Made by a program: the position numbers and the translations under genes
Virus record (IMG/VR): IMGVR_UViG_3300032291_002681
Span: 27,071 to 91,070 of that record
Length of the DNA: 64,000 nt
Strand: one strand, 5' to 3'
Source: a virus
Shown: positions 37,153 to 46,625 of the stretch, in pieces
Layout: each line of letters begins with the position of its first letter
How positions within the stretch are numbered: position 1 is the stretch's first letter
Notes under the pieces: generated by a model
What the model saw: the letters and a program-made list of their open reading frames with translations, nothing else
The model's database searches: none
Told to the model about the DNA's origin: nothing

Positions 37153-39705
37153 ATGTACCAAAACATTTTCTTTGAAAGAAATAGAAATTTAATTCACTTA
37201 TGGGATGACACTTTAGGGTATCGCACATTTCCATACAAAAAATACGCATATATTAAAGACCCAAATGGTCAATATGAATCTATGTATGGAGACCGTTTAA
37301 CTAAAGTGTTTAAATGGGAAAAAGATAGTGGTGAAGAATTGTTTGAATCAGATGTACCAGAAACCACAAGAGTTTTGGTTGACCTATATCAAGATGATGT
37401 GCCATCTAAAGGGCATATTGTTTTAACATTTGATATTGAGGTTGAAATGATTACTGGCTTACCAAACATTGAAAAAGCTGAAAACGAAATTACCTCAATA
37501 GCAGCATACGATGATGCTACAAAAGAGTATCATGTATTTGTTGTAGATAAGAAAGGCAAAGTAAATGGTAAATCATTTCAAAAAGATGGTAAAGATGTGC
37601 ATGTTCATATCTTCGGTAGTGAACGTGATTTGTTGATGAAATACTTAACTTATGTTGAAAGTGTAAACGCAACAATTTGGACGGGGTGGAATATTGACTT
37701 CTTTGACGTTCCATATCTTTACAATCGTATTAAAAATGTGTGTGGTGAAAATCAAGCCAATCGTTTATCTTGTATAGGTAAAACATATTGGTCACCTTAT
37801 CGTAATCGTTATAGTATTGCTGGTGTGAGTATTATGGACTATATTGGGTTGTATAAAAGATATAACTTTGGTTTAGAAAGTTCATACACATTAAATCATA
37901 TTGCTATAAAAGAATTAGGTAGGGGTAAAGTTGAATACGAAGGAAGTTTGGATGACTTATTTGAAAATGATTTAGAGAAGTTTATTGAATATAATATTAC
38001 CGATGTTGAGTTGGTTGTATCAATGGATACGAAACTTCAATTTATTGAATTAAGTAGAGCAATTTGCCATTCTGGTTTCACACCATACGAAGATTATATC
38101 TTTTCATCAAAATATTTGGAAGGAGCGTGTTTGGCATATCTCAAAAAGAAGGGATTAGTAGCACCTAACAAACCCAAAAACCACAAAGATAAACTCGCAG
38201 AACAAGCGGAGGCCGGTGAGGAAAAATTCATAGGTGCGTATGTTAAAGAACCTATTGTTGGTAAGTATGATTGGATTTATGATTTGGATTTAACATCACT
38301 ATATCCATCAATCATTATGACTCTAAACATTAGTCCAGAAACTAAAGTTGGTAAAATTAAAGATTGGGACCCCGAATCTTGGGTTAGAGGTGAAAATAGA
38401 CAATATACTGTTGTTGGTAAGACAAAAGAGTTTACATACAATAGAACCGAATTAGAAGAAGTAATTAAAGATAATCAATTAGGAGTAGCTGCAAATGGTG
38501 TTTTATATACTCAAAAGAAGCCCGGTTTGATTGCAGATATTTTGGATACTTGGTTCAAACAAAGAGTTGAATTTAGAAAATTAGAAACGAAGTATGGTGA
38601 AGCGGGTGATACTGAAAAATATGAATTCTATGGTAAAAGACAATTGGTACAAAAGATTCTTTTGAACTCAATGTATGGTGTGTTAGGACTTGTTGCGTTT
38701 AGATTCTATGATATTGATAATGCAGAAGCTGTTACTATTACCGGTCAAACTGTGATTAAGAAAACTGCAGAAATGGCAAATCTTAAATACCAAAAAGAAC
38801 TTAGTACAAAAGAAGACTATAATGTTTACATTGATACTGATTCAATTTATATGATGGCTGAACCGTTGGTTAAGTTTAGATATCCTGAATATAAAACATT
38901 TGACCAAACTAGAATGGCAGCTGAAGTAAATACAATTGCAGAAGAAACTCAATCATTCTTAAATTCATTTTATAATTTATTGGCGGAAAGATTCTTTTGT
39001 ATCCCAAAAGAAAAACATCGTTTTGAAATTAAGAAAGAATACATCAGTAAAGCAGGATTTTGGGTAGCAAAGAAACGATATGCCCAATGGATGATTTTAA
39101 AGAATGGTATTCCATGTGATAAGTTGGATGTAAAAGGATTGGATGTAGTTCGTTCATCATTCCCCAAAGCATTTCAGGATTTTATGGCTAAGATGTTAAA
39201 AGAAATCCTAATGGGTAAAACAAACGAAGAAATAAATGAATCACTTTTGGAATTTAAAAAGAGTTTACCAAATCTTCGTATTAATAAAATCGCCAAAGGT
39301 GGGGCTATTAAAGAATTAACTAAATATGATAAAGGTAAGTGGAGAAAGGATAGTGGATTAGCTATTGCTAATTTTGAAAAAGGAACTCCTGCACACGTTA
39401 AAGCCGGTATCACTTATAACCGATTATTGAAATTCTTTGAATGCCCGTTTAAGTACGAACCAATTAGAGATGGTGAAAAAGTTAAATGGGTATATCTTAA
39501 AAGTAATCCATTGGGAATAGAAACATTGGCATTCAGAGATTATAATGACCCAAAAGAGATTATGGATTTTGTAGAACAATATGTTGATAGAGATGGAATT
39601 TATAAAGCGGAATTGGAAAACAAATTAACTGATTTCTATAACGCTCTAAAATGGGAAATGGCATCCGCCGATTCTCAAAACGCAAAAAAGTTTTTTGAAT
39701 TCTAA
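37153..39705 (+). CDS. Family B DNA polymerase (T4 gp43-like)
   Basis: Exo FDIE, GWN...FD, YN..D; pol DLTSLYPSII, KILLNSMYG, YIDTDS, KKRY. Confidence 0.97.
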   Translation: MYQNIFFERNRNLIHLWDDTLGYRTFPYKKYAYIKDPNGQYESMYGDRLTKVFKWEKDSGEELFESDVPETTRVLVDLYQDDVPSKGHIVLTFDIEVEMITGLPNIEKAENEITSIAAYDDATKEYHVFVVDKKGKVNGKSFQKDGKDVHVHIFGSERDLLMKYLTYVESVNATIWTGWNIDFFDVPYLYNRIKNVCGENQANRLSCIGKTYWSPYRNRYSIAGVSIMDYIGLYKRYNFGLESSYTLNHIAIKELGRGKVEYEGSLDDLFENDLEKFIEYNITDVELVVSMDTKLQFIELSRAICHSGFTPYEDYIFSSKYLEGACLAYLKKKGLVAPNKPKNHKDKLAEQAEAGEEKFIGAYVKEPIVGKYDWIYDLDLTSLYPSIIMTLNISPETKVGKIKDWDPESWVRGENRQYTVVGKTKEFTYNRTELEEVIKDNQLGVAANGVLYTQKKPGLIADILDTWFKQRVEFRKLETKYGEAGDTEKYEFYGKRQLVQKILLNSMYGVLGLVAFRFYDIDNAEAVTITGQTVIKKTAEMANLKYQKELSTKEDYNVYIDTDSIYMMAEPLVKFRYPEYKTFDQTRMAAEVNTIAEETQSFLNSFYNLLAERFFCIPKEKHRFEIKKEYISKAGFWVAKKRYAQWMILKNGIPCDKLDVKGLDVVRSSFPKAFQDFMAKMLKEILMGKTNEEINESLLEFKKSLPNLRINKIAKGGAIKELTKYDKGKWRKDSGLAIANFEKGTPAHVKAGITYNRLLKFFECPFKYEPIRDGEKVKWVYLKSNPLGIETLAFRDYNDPKEIMDFVEQYVDRDGIYKAELENKLTDFYNALKWEMASADSQNAKKFFEF

Positions 39706-39724
39706 ACTTTTTTTCGTATATTTG
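39694..39724 (+). promoter_or_regulatory. Bacteroidota-type promoter
   Basis: TTTG-N19-TATATTTG. Confidence 0.7.
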
Positions 39725-39743
39725 TAAGATAAAATAAAATAAT

Positions 39744-40109
39744 ATGGCAAAGGCTAAAAAAACAAAAAAAGAAGAAGTAAAGATTGAAGAACAATCTGAA
39801 CAATTACAACCAACAATTGCATTATCACAAAAAAAGTATGAAGATTGTGAATGGTGTTTTCAATTTGATGAAGATGAACCACAAATATTTGCATGGACAG
39901 ATAATGAATCGGATAAAAATGAAGACCCTAAAGTAATTTTTACAATTACAAATGTTGAGAATTCATACATAACTTTTCAGAATGGAAAGACTGGTAAAGT
40001 ATTCAAACTATTTGCAAGGGAACTTACTAATGAAGGTATTGAATTAAGAAATAAACAAAAACAAGCTTTTAAAACTATTGAAAATGCAAGTGAAAATAAA
40101 GAGGCTTAA
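39744..40109 (+). CDS. Hypothetical protein
   Basis: 121-aa ORF downstream of the promoter. Confidence 0.7.
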   Translation: MAKAKKTKKEEVKIEEQSEQLQPTIALSQKKYEDCEWCFQFDEDEPQIFAWTDNESDKNEDPKVIFTITNVENSYITFQNGKTGKVFKLFARELTNEGIELRNKQKQAFKTIENASENKEA

Positions 40110-40548
40110 GCCTAATGCAGTAATTCCTACTTACGCTAAAGAAGGTGATGCTGGTATGGATTTAGTAGCAACGGAAATCATCAAAGATACACCCGAACAA
40201 ATAACGTATGGTACGGGATTGGCTATGGAAATTAGAGATGGATTTGTTGGATTGGTATTCCCTCGTTCATCAATCCGAAAGACTGGTTTACAATTAAGTA
40301 ATTCGGTTGGAGTAATTGATAGTGGATATAGAGGTGAAATTCAAGCTACATTTAATAAAGTATTTGGCGGTGACCGTTTTTATGATGAAACAAAAAATAC
40401 GGAAGATACATCAAATAACTTCTATAAAGTAGGTGATAGAATTGCACAAATTATGATTATCCCACATCCACAAATTGAATTTCACGAAGTAGATGAACTT
40501 TCGAATTCAGAAAGAGGTGAAGGTGGATTTGGTTCAACTGGTAAATAA
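40084..40548 (+). CDS. dut: dUTPase (trimeric)
   Basis: AGMDL, PRSS, GVIDSGYRGEI, RIAQ, RGEGGFGSTG. Confidence 0.97.
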   Translation: MQVKIKRLKPNAVIPTYAKEGDAGMDLVATEIIKDTPEQITYGTGLAMEIRDGFVGLVFPRSSIRKTGLQLSNSVGVIDSGYRGEIQATFNKVFGGDRFYDETKNTEDTSNNFYKVGDRIAQIMIIPHPQIEFHEVDELSNSERGEGGFGSTGK

Positions 40549-40559
40549 AAAATAAAAAT

Positions 40560-41501
40560 ATGTTTGAATTAAAAGAAGAAGAACAAGTAAATCACTCACT
40601 TTGGGTGGAACGATATAGGCCATCTAAATTAGAGGATTATGTTGGGAATGAGCATCTTAAAAATAAAGTTGCGGGATATATTGATAATGGAGATATACCA
40701 CACTTACTTTTTTTTGGCAAAGCGGGTACTGGTAAAACAACACTTGCAAAGTTAATTATAAAAGCAATTGAGTGTGATTACATGATTATCAATGCATCGG
40801 ATGAAAACAATGTGGAAACCGTAAGAAACAAAGTAAAAAACTTTGCATCATCTATGGGATTCAAAAAATACAAAATCATTATATTAGATGAGTTTGATTA
40901 TATGACTCCAAACGCACAAGCAATCCTTCGTAACTTAATGGAAACATTCAGTAAGCATTGCCGTTTCATTTTAACTTGTAATTACGTTGAAAAGATTATC
41001 GAACCAATCCAAAGCCGTTGTCAAACATTTCAAATAACTCCACCTACTAAAAAAGATGTAGCAATTCAAATGAGTAAGATTTTGAAAGTGGAATCGGTTG
41101 AGTTTGACCCAAAAGATTTAGTTCCAATAATAGATTCTTCTTATCCAGATATTCGTAAGATAATCAATACTTGTCAATTGAACTCTCTTAAAGGTAGATT
41201 GCAAGTAGATGTTCAAAATTTATTAGAGAATGATTATAAGATGAAAGTTTTGGATATCCTTAAATCAAAGGATGATAAACGAAACAAATATATGAACGTA
41301 AGACAGGCAATACTTGATTCCAAAACAACTGATTTTACTGATTTATTTACATTACTATATGATAAGGTAGATGAATATGCAGGAGAAAATACTGCAAATG
41401 TAATATTAGTATTGGGTGATGGAGTTGCTAAATCAGCGGTTGCAATTGATAAAGAAATTATTGCAGCGGCAACATTAATTCAAATTTTAAATATTATATA
41501 A
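40560..41501 (+). CDS. Clamp loader large subunit (gp44/RFC-like AAA+)
   Basis: WVERYRP, GKAGTGKT, NASD, LDEFD, SRC. Confidence 0.95.
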   Translation: MFELKEEEQVNHSLWVERYRPSKLEDYVGNEHLKNKVAGYIDNGDIPHLLFFGKAGTGKTTLAKLIIKAIECDYMIINASDENNVETVRNKVKNFASSMGFKKYKIIILDEFDYMTPNAQAILRNLMETFSKHCRFILTCNYVEKIIEPIQSRCQTFQITPPTKKDVAIQMSKILKVESVEFDPKDLVPIIDSSYPDIRKIINTCQLNSLKGRLQVDVQNLLENDYKMKVLDILKSKDDKRNKYMNVRQAILDSKTTDFTDLFTLLYDKVDEYAGENTANVILVLGDGVAKSAVAIDKEIIAAATLIQILNII

Positions 41502-41764
41502 TGGCTAACATTTTAGGAGCAGGTGGGCAACCAATCGGAGAAAGAGAAGAAGTAAAAATCGAATTAGAAAAGACAGAACCAATTGCGTGTAAGAAATGTG
41601 GTGGTGAGATTTTTGTACAAGGTTTTGGATTCCGTAGAATTTCTAAGTTATTAACTGGAAAACCAAAGGATGAAACATTACCAGTAGAATTATTTCTATG
41701 TGGAGATTGTGGTGAAGTACTTAATGATTTATTACCTCCGGGTTTAAAAGTAGAAGAACAATAA
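41501..41764 (+). CDS. Small zinc-ribbon protein
   Basis: CKKCG...CGDCG. Confidence 0.75.
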   Translation: MANILGAGGQPIGEREEVKIELEKTEPIACKKCGGEIFVQGFGFRRISKLLTGKPKDETLPVELFLCGDCGEVLNDLLPPGLKVEEQ

Positions 41765-41765
41765 T

Positions 41766-42215
41766 ATGCCAAAAGGACTATTTGACCATATCAATGCGGT
41801 AACAAAAGAGCAAGACCCTAACTATTGGGATAAATTAGATGATGCCGATAAAAAAACTTGGAGTAATTGGTTAATAATTCGGTATATGTCTATGAATCCG
41901 GAATGGATAGAACTTATAGCCGAAATACAACCATATATCCAAGAAGCCCCACCTAGAGCGGTTTATAAAGCACTTATTGGTGTTGTACCAAAGGGTAAGA
42001 CATATCTTCGTTATATGAAGGGCAAATCGGTAAAAGATTATGACGATTGGCTAATTGAATTGGTTGCTAAATGGTATGAGGTTTCTACCAAACACGCATC
42101 TGAATATTTGGATATACTATATGAAAGTACCTCAGGTAGAGAGGAAATAAAAAAAATTGCAGAGGCGTATGGTACGGATACGAAGCTAATTACAAAATTA
42201 AAACTTAAAGTTTAA
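41766..42215 (+). CDS. Clamp loader small subunit (gp62-like)
   Basis: LFDHIN, W...I.RY.SM, VAKWYEVS...A.EYL pattern; near the gp44-like gene. Confidence 0.75.
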   Translation: MPKGLFDHINAVTKEQDPNYWDKLDDADKKTWSNWLIIRYMSMNPEWIELIAEIQPYIQEAPPRAVYKALIGVVPKGKTYLRYMKGKSVKDYDDWLIELVAKWYEVSTKHASEYLDILYESTSGREEIKKIAEAYGTDTKLITKLKLKV

Positions 42216-42247
42216 TTTGGTAATCTGAGGTATTTTTCGTATCTTTA
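42216..42247 (+). promoter_or_regulatory. Bacteroidota-type promoter (variant)
   Basis: TTTG-N20-TATCTTTA. Confidence 0.6.
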
Positions 42248-42264
42248 CTTAATAAAATAACATA

Positions 42265-43128
42265 ATGGCTAAAGTATCATTTTCACAGTACTCAATGTGG
42301 AGCAGTTGCCCACAACAATATAAGTTAAATTACATAGATAAGTTGGGTGAAAGTTCCGGTAATGTTCACACTATATTTGGTTCGGCTATGCACGAAACAA
42401 TCCAACAATATCTTTCAGTTATGTATGGTGTATCTAAAAAACAAGCAGACGAAATCAATTTAGATAAGTTATTGCTTGAAAGGATGCGAGAAAACTATAC
42501 AAAAGAAAAAGACCTTTTATCGGAAGGAACTCCTTGTGAACAAATTGAATTGGAAGAATTCTATGGAGATGGTAGAAGAATCTTAACTTGGTTTAAGAAA
42601 TATTGCAGTAAATTCTATTCAAAATCAGGATACGAATTGGTTGGTATTGAAATTCCACTTAATGCTAAAATCAAAGAAGGTGTAAACTTTATTGGGTTTA
42701 TTGATATCGTAATGCGAGATTTGGCAGAAAATACTATAATAATTGTAGATTTGAAAACATCTACACAAGGATGGAATCAATATCAAAAAGCAGATGAACT
42801 TAAAAATTCACAAATCTTATTATACAAAAAGTACTATTCAGAACTTTTTAATGTTCCACTTACAAAAATTAAAGTAGAGTATCAGATAATGAGAAGGAAA
42901 TTGCCAGAAGATAGTGCGTTTCCGATTCCATATATTTCCAAACACGTTCCATCAAGTGGAACACCAACCGTTACTAAAGTATATGATAAGTTTGTAGAAT
43001 TTATTGATACCGTATTTGATGATACTGGTAACTTCAAAGATATCCCATATCCTAAAGTTCCTGGTAATAACAAAAAGAATTGTAAATGGTGTCAATTTTT
43101 AGGCAAACATTGTGACGGAAAACCTTGA
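42265..43128 (+). CDS. PD-(D/E)XK nuclease (RecB/AddB/Cas4-like)
   Basis: SFSQ...CP, GSAMHE, E...GFID...VDLKT, Q..LY and a C-terminal CKWC.....C. Confidence 0.85.
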   Translation: MAKVSFSQYSMWSSCPQQYKLNYIDKLGESSGNVHTIFGSAMHETIQQYLSVMYGVSKKQADEINLDKLLLERMRENYTKEKDLLSEGTPCEQIELEEFYGDGRRILTWFKKYCSKFYSKSGYELVGIEIPLNAKIKEGVNFIGFIDIVMRDLAENTIIIVDLKTSTQGWNQYQKADELKNSQILLYKKYYSELFNVPLTKIKVEYQIMRRKLPEDSAFPIPYISKHVPSSGTPTVTKVYDKFVEFIDTVFDDTGNFKDIPYPKVPGNNKKNCKWCQFLGKHCDGKP

Positions 43129-43193
43129 TAAAAATTATTGTTTTTTTATTTTTGTATATACTTATATATACAAATATATTAAATACACAAATA

Positions 43194-43394
43194 ATGATTC
43201 AAGAAAACACAAAGCTTACAACTGTGAAAATACTGAAAGATGTGTATTCATCATTTAAAAAAGTTTCCTTTGATTCGGATGTAACATTACAAAAGCTGGT
43301 AAATAGAACAGTTGAAAGATATGTTAAAGATGAAGATTTTAGAAAAGAAATGAATGAATACTTACAACTACAAATATCAGGTTCACAATTTTAA
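43194..43394 (+). CDS. Small putative DNA-binding protein (ribbon-helix-helix-like)
   Basis: KLTTVKI strand followed by two helices (TLQKLVNR). ATG at 43194. Confidence 0.55.
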   Translation: MIQENTKLTTVKILKDVYSSFKKVSFDSDVTLQKLVNRTVERYVKDEDFRKEMNEYLQLQISGSQF

Positions 43395-43409
43395 CAACAT
43401 TAATACGTT

Positions 43410-44792
43410 ATGGCAAAGAAAAAGATTCTGTTACTTTCAGATGATTTAAGAATGGCAAGTGGTATCGCCACAATGTCAAAAGAGTTAGTATTAGGTACTA
43501 TACACAAATATGATTGGTTTCAAGTAGGAGCCGCAATTAATCACCCAGAAGCTGGAAAGATTTTAGATTTAAGTGAAGATATCCAAAAAAACTATGGAGT
43601 AGAAGATGCTTCTCTAAAAATACTTCCTTGGAATGGATATGGTAATGCAGATTTGATTAGACAATTAATCAATTCAGAGCAACCGGATGCTATCTTACAC
43701 TTTACTGACCCTCGTTATTGGACATGGTTATATGATATCGAACATGAAATCAGACAGAATGTTCCAATTCTATTTTACGCAATTTGGGATGATTTACCAG
43801 ACCCATTGTACAATCGTAACTACTATGAGAGTTGTGATTGGATTGGTTGTATCTCTCGTCAAACGTATGGTATCATCAAAAGATTATCAGCATTGGATAC
43901 TAAACCAACTTGGAAACCTAAAAAGGATTGGCAGGTGAGTTATGTACCACATGGTATTAATACCGATTTATATAAACCAACCGATGTACCTGCTGAATAT
44001 CGTAAAGAAATTTTAGGTGATAAAGAATATGATTTTGTGTTGTATTGGAGTAATAGAAATATTCGTAGAAAACAACCTGCAGATGTTATCGTAGCTTTCC
44101 AAAAGTTTTGTAATAAGATTGGTAAAGAAAAAGCGGATAAATGTGTATTGTTAATGCACACACAGCCCGTTGATGAAAACGGAACGGATTTACCAGCAGT
44201 AATCGATGCAGTAGCACCTAATTGTAATATTATATTTTCAGAAAAGAGAAGATTACAACATGAATTGAATTGGAATTATAATATAGCAGATGCAACCATT
44301 AATATTGCTAATAACGAAGGGTTTGGATTAGCAACTGCGGAATCGGTAATGGCCGGAACTCCAATTATTGTAAACGTAACTGGTGGGCTGCAAGACCAAT
44401 GTGGATTTGAAGTTGATGGTAAATTACTAACAGCCGATGATTACATTGAGATTGGTTCACTTCACCAATGGAGACAATGGGAAGGAAAAGCTAAATCTGG
44501 TCCTTGGGCATTACCCGTTTGGAGTAGAGCATTGGCATTAGCAGGTTCAGTACCAACACCATACATTTGGGATGATAGAGTTGATATAGAGGAAGTTGCT
44601 GAAGCAATTGAGAAAATGTACAACATACCAAAAGAAGTTCGTAAAGCAAACGCACTAATAGGTAGAGAAGCGTTTATCGGAGAGATGGGATTAACACATA
44701 CAAATATGTCTCAGCAATTAGAAAACGGAATCGAATCGGTTTTTGAAAATTGGAAACCAAGAGAAAGATTCGAAGTATTTAAAATTAAATAA
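43410..44792 (+). CDS. Glycosyltransferase (GT-B, GT4-like)
   Basis: KILLLSD...SG, NRN..RK, NEGFGLATAESVMAGTP. Confidence 0.88.
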   Translation: MAKKKILLLSDDLRMASGIATMSKELVLGTIHKYDWFQVGAAINHPEAGKILDLSEDIQKNYGVEDASLKILPWNGYGNADLIRQLINSEQPDAILHFTDPRYWTWLYDIEHEIRQNVPILFYAIWDDLPDPLYNRNYYESCDWIGCISRQTYGIIKRLSALDTKPTWKPKKDWQVSYVPHGINTDLYKPTDVPAEYRKEILGDKEYDFVLYWSNRNIRRKQPADVIVAFQKFCNKIGKEKADKCVLLMHTQPVDENGTDLPAVIDAVAPNCNIIFSEKRRLQHELNWNYNIADATINIANNEGFGLATAESVMAGTPIIVNVTGGLQDQCGFEVDGKLLTADDYIEIGSLHQWRQWEGKAKSGPWALPVWSRALALAGSVPTPYIWDDRVDIEEVAEAIEKMYNIPKEVRKANALIGREAFIGEMGLTHTNMSQQLENGIESVFENWKPRERFEVFKIK

Positions 44793-44801
44793 GTTATATA
44801 A

Positions 44802-46076
44802 ATGAAACCAACATTAGTATTTCAAGGACCTATATTCACTCGTAGTGGTTACGGTGACCATTGTAGAGATTTAATGAAATCCCTACGCAAGATGGATAAG
44901 TATGATATTAAAATTATACCTTTGAGATGGGGTAATACTCCACAAAATCAAGTTGATGGTGAAAGTGAATTTGGTAGATGGATGTTAGACAGAGTTATAG
45001 GAGAAATTGGACAAAAGCCTGATATTTTTATGCAAGTTTCAGTAGCTAATGAATTCGAGCCAAAAGGACACTACAATATCGGTGTAACTGCTGGAGTTGA
45101 AACTACTATTGCACCAAAAGATTTTATTGATGGTTCTAATAAAATGAATTTAATCATTGTACCATCTAACTTTACAAAACAAAATTTAGGTGGAACTGTA
45201 TATCAACAAAAAGACCAAGCAACCGGAGAAATCGTTGGTGAGATTAAAACGGCTACTCCAATCGAAGTTCTTTTAGAAGGAGTTGATACTGAAATATTTT
45301 CTAAAGGAAGTGGTAAAGATGTATTGGCAAATGTAAAAGAAGATTTCAACTTCCTTATTGTTGGACATTGGTTGAAAGGTTCTTTAGGACAGGATAGAAA
45401 AGATATTGGTATGGCAATTAAAACATTCGCTACGGTATTTCAATATCTACCAAAAGATAAAAGACCAGGTCTTATTGTTAAAACATCTCACGCTGGGTTT
45501 AGTGTAATTGATAGAGAAGCAACTAGAGAAAAAATTGATGAAGTATTAAAATCATTTGGGGATAAGTGTCCATCTGTATATCTATTACATGGTGATATGG
45601 AAGAAACTGATATGAGTAACTTATACCATCATCCTAAAGTTAAAGCAATGATTTCATTTGCTAAAGGTGAGGGGTATGGTAGACCTATGGCTGAGTTTAC
45701 ATTAACCGGTAAACCAATATTAGCTAGTGGTTGGAGTGGACAAATGGATTTCTTACCAGCAGAACATGCAGTTTTATTAGAAGGTAGTTTAACTCAAGTA
45801 GATGAATCGGCAGCTGACCAATTTTGTATGAAAGAAGCACAATGGTTTACTGTAAACTATTCAAATGCAGCAAATAAGATTTACGATGTATTCAACAAAT
45901 ATGATTCTTATTTAGAACAATCAAAAGGTTTAAGAGAAAATACTTTGAAACATTTTACTTTAGATAATATGCATGATAAATTTACAAAATTGATGGATAC
46001 TTATGTAAAGAAGCAGCCTCAATATGTTCCATTCAATGCATCTAAAATGCAAATACCTAAATTAAATAAAATCTAG
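44802..46076 (+). CDS. Glycosyltransferase (GT-B, GT4-like)
   Basis: SGYG, DRKD, GEGYGRPMAE...GKP. Confidence 0.85.
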   Translation: MKPTLVFQGPIFTRSGYGDHCRDLMKSLRKMDKYDIKIIPLRWGNTPQNQVDGESEFGRWMLDRVIGEIGQKPDIFMQVSVANEFEPKGHYNIGVTAGVETTIAPKDFIDGSNKMNLIIVPSNFTKQNLGGTVYQQKDQATGEIVGEIKTATPIEVLLEGVDTEIFSKGSGKDVLANVKEDFNFLIVGHWLKGSLGQDRKDIGMAIKTFATVFQYLPKDKRPGLIVKTSHAGFSVIDREATREKIDEVLKSFGDKCPSVYLLHGDMEETDMSNLYHHPKVKAMISFAKGEGYGRPMAEFTLTGKPILASGWSGQMDFLPAEHAVLLEGSLTQVDESAADQFCMKEAQWFTVNYSNAANKIYDVFNKYDSYLEQSKGLRENTLKHFTLDNMHDKFTKLMDTYVKKQPQYVPFNASKMQIPKLNKI

Positions 46077-46079
46077 TAA

Positions 46080-46550
46080 ATGCCATTTTCTTTAGAATAT
46101 AAGCCATTAATAGAGTCTCAAAATATTGTTTCGAAGACAATGATAAGACCACGAAATATATACAGAATTAAAAGTTATAAATATGTGGATGGGAAAACTA
46201 AGAGTTTAGAGGGAGTTGAAACGGCGCTAGTTTTTGTTATTGGTATATCTCCTGAAAAAGTAGTATCTTGTTTAAAAATAAGTTTAATTAAACCTCTTTT
46301 GTTCTTTAGATGGTTAGTAAAATTATTTGAGGCCGGATTAAGTGAAGAAGAAATAAGAAAAGCAGAATTGTTGGAAGAATTAATTGTACTTGATGCAAAA
46401 GATGGTAAAAAGATATTTAATCAATTTGTAAAAAGAAGCAGATTATACGCACAAAACCCCACACCATATAGAACATACCTGCTACAGAATATAAAAAGTA
46501 TAGAGGAAGTGAAGATAAAGAAAGAAATTTTTCTAAAGTATGTAAAATAG
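46080..46550 (+). CDS. Hypothetical protein
   Basis: 156-aa basic ORF, co-oriented. Confidence 0.65.
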   Translation: MPFSLEYKPLIESQNIVSKTMIRPRNIYRIKSYKYVDGKTKSLEGVETALVFVIGISPEKVVSCLKISLIKPLLFFRWLVKLFEAGLSEEEIRKAELLEELIVLDAKDGKKIFNQFVKRSRLYAQNPTPYRTYLLQNIKSIEEVKIKKEIFLKYVK

Positions 46551-46625
46551 TTATTCCTATTCCTCTTTTTACCTTTTATTTATATTTATTCGTATAACAT
46601 TCAAATATACAAAGAGTAATATAAA

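Noticed and set aside
23272-39705. Introns or inteins in recA, helicase, nrdAB or polB
   Set aside because: The ORFs are uninterrupted and of normal or short length; no splicing or homing-endonuclease motifs were seen.
42265-43128. Cas4 / CRISPR-Cas system
   Set aside because: Stand-alone PD-(D/E)XK nuclease of a type common in phage replication modules; no array or other cas genes.
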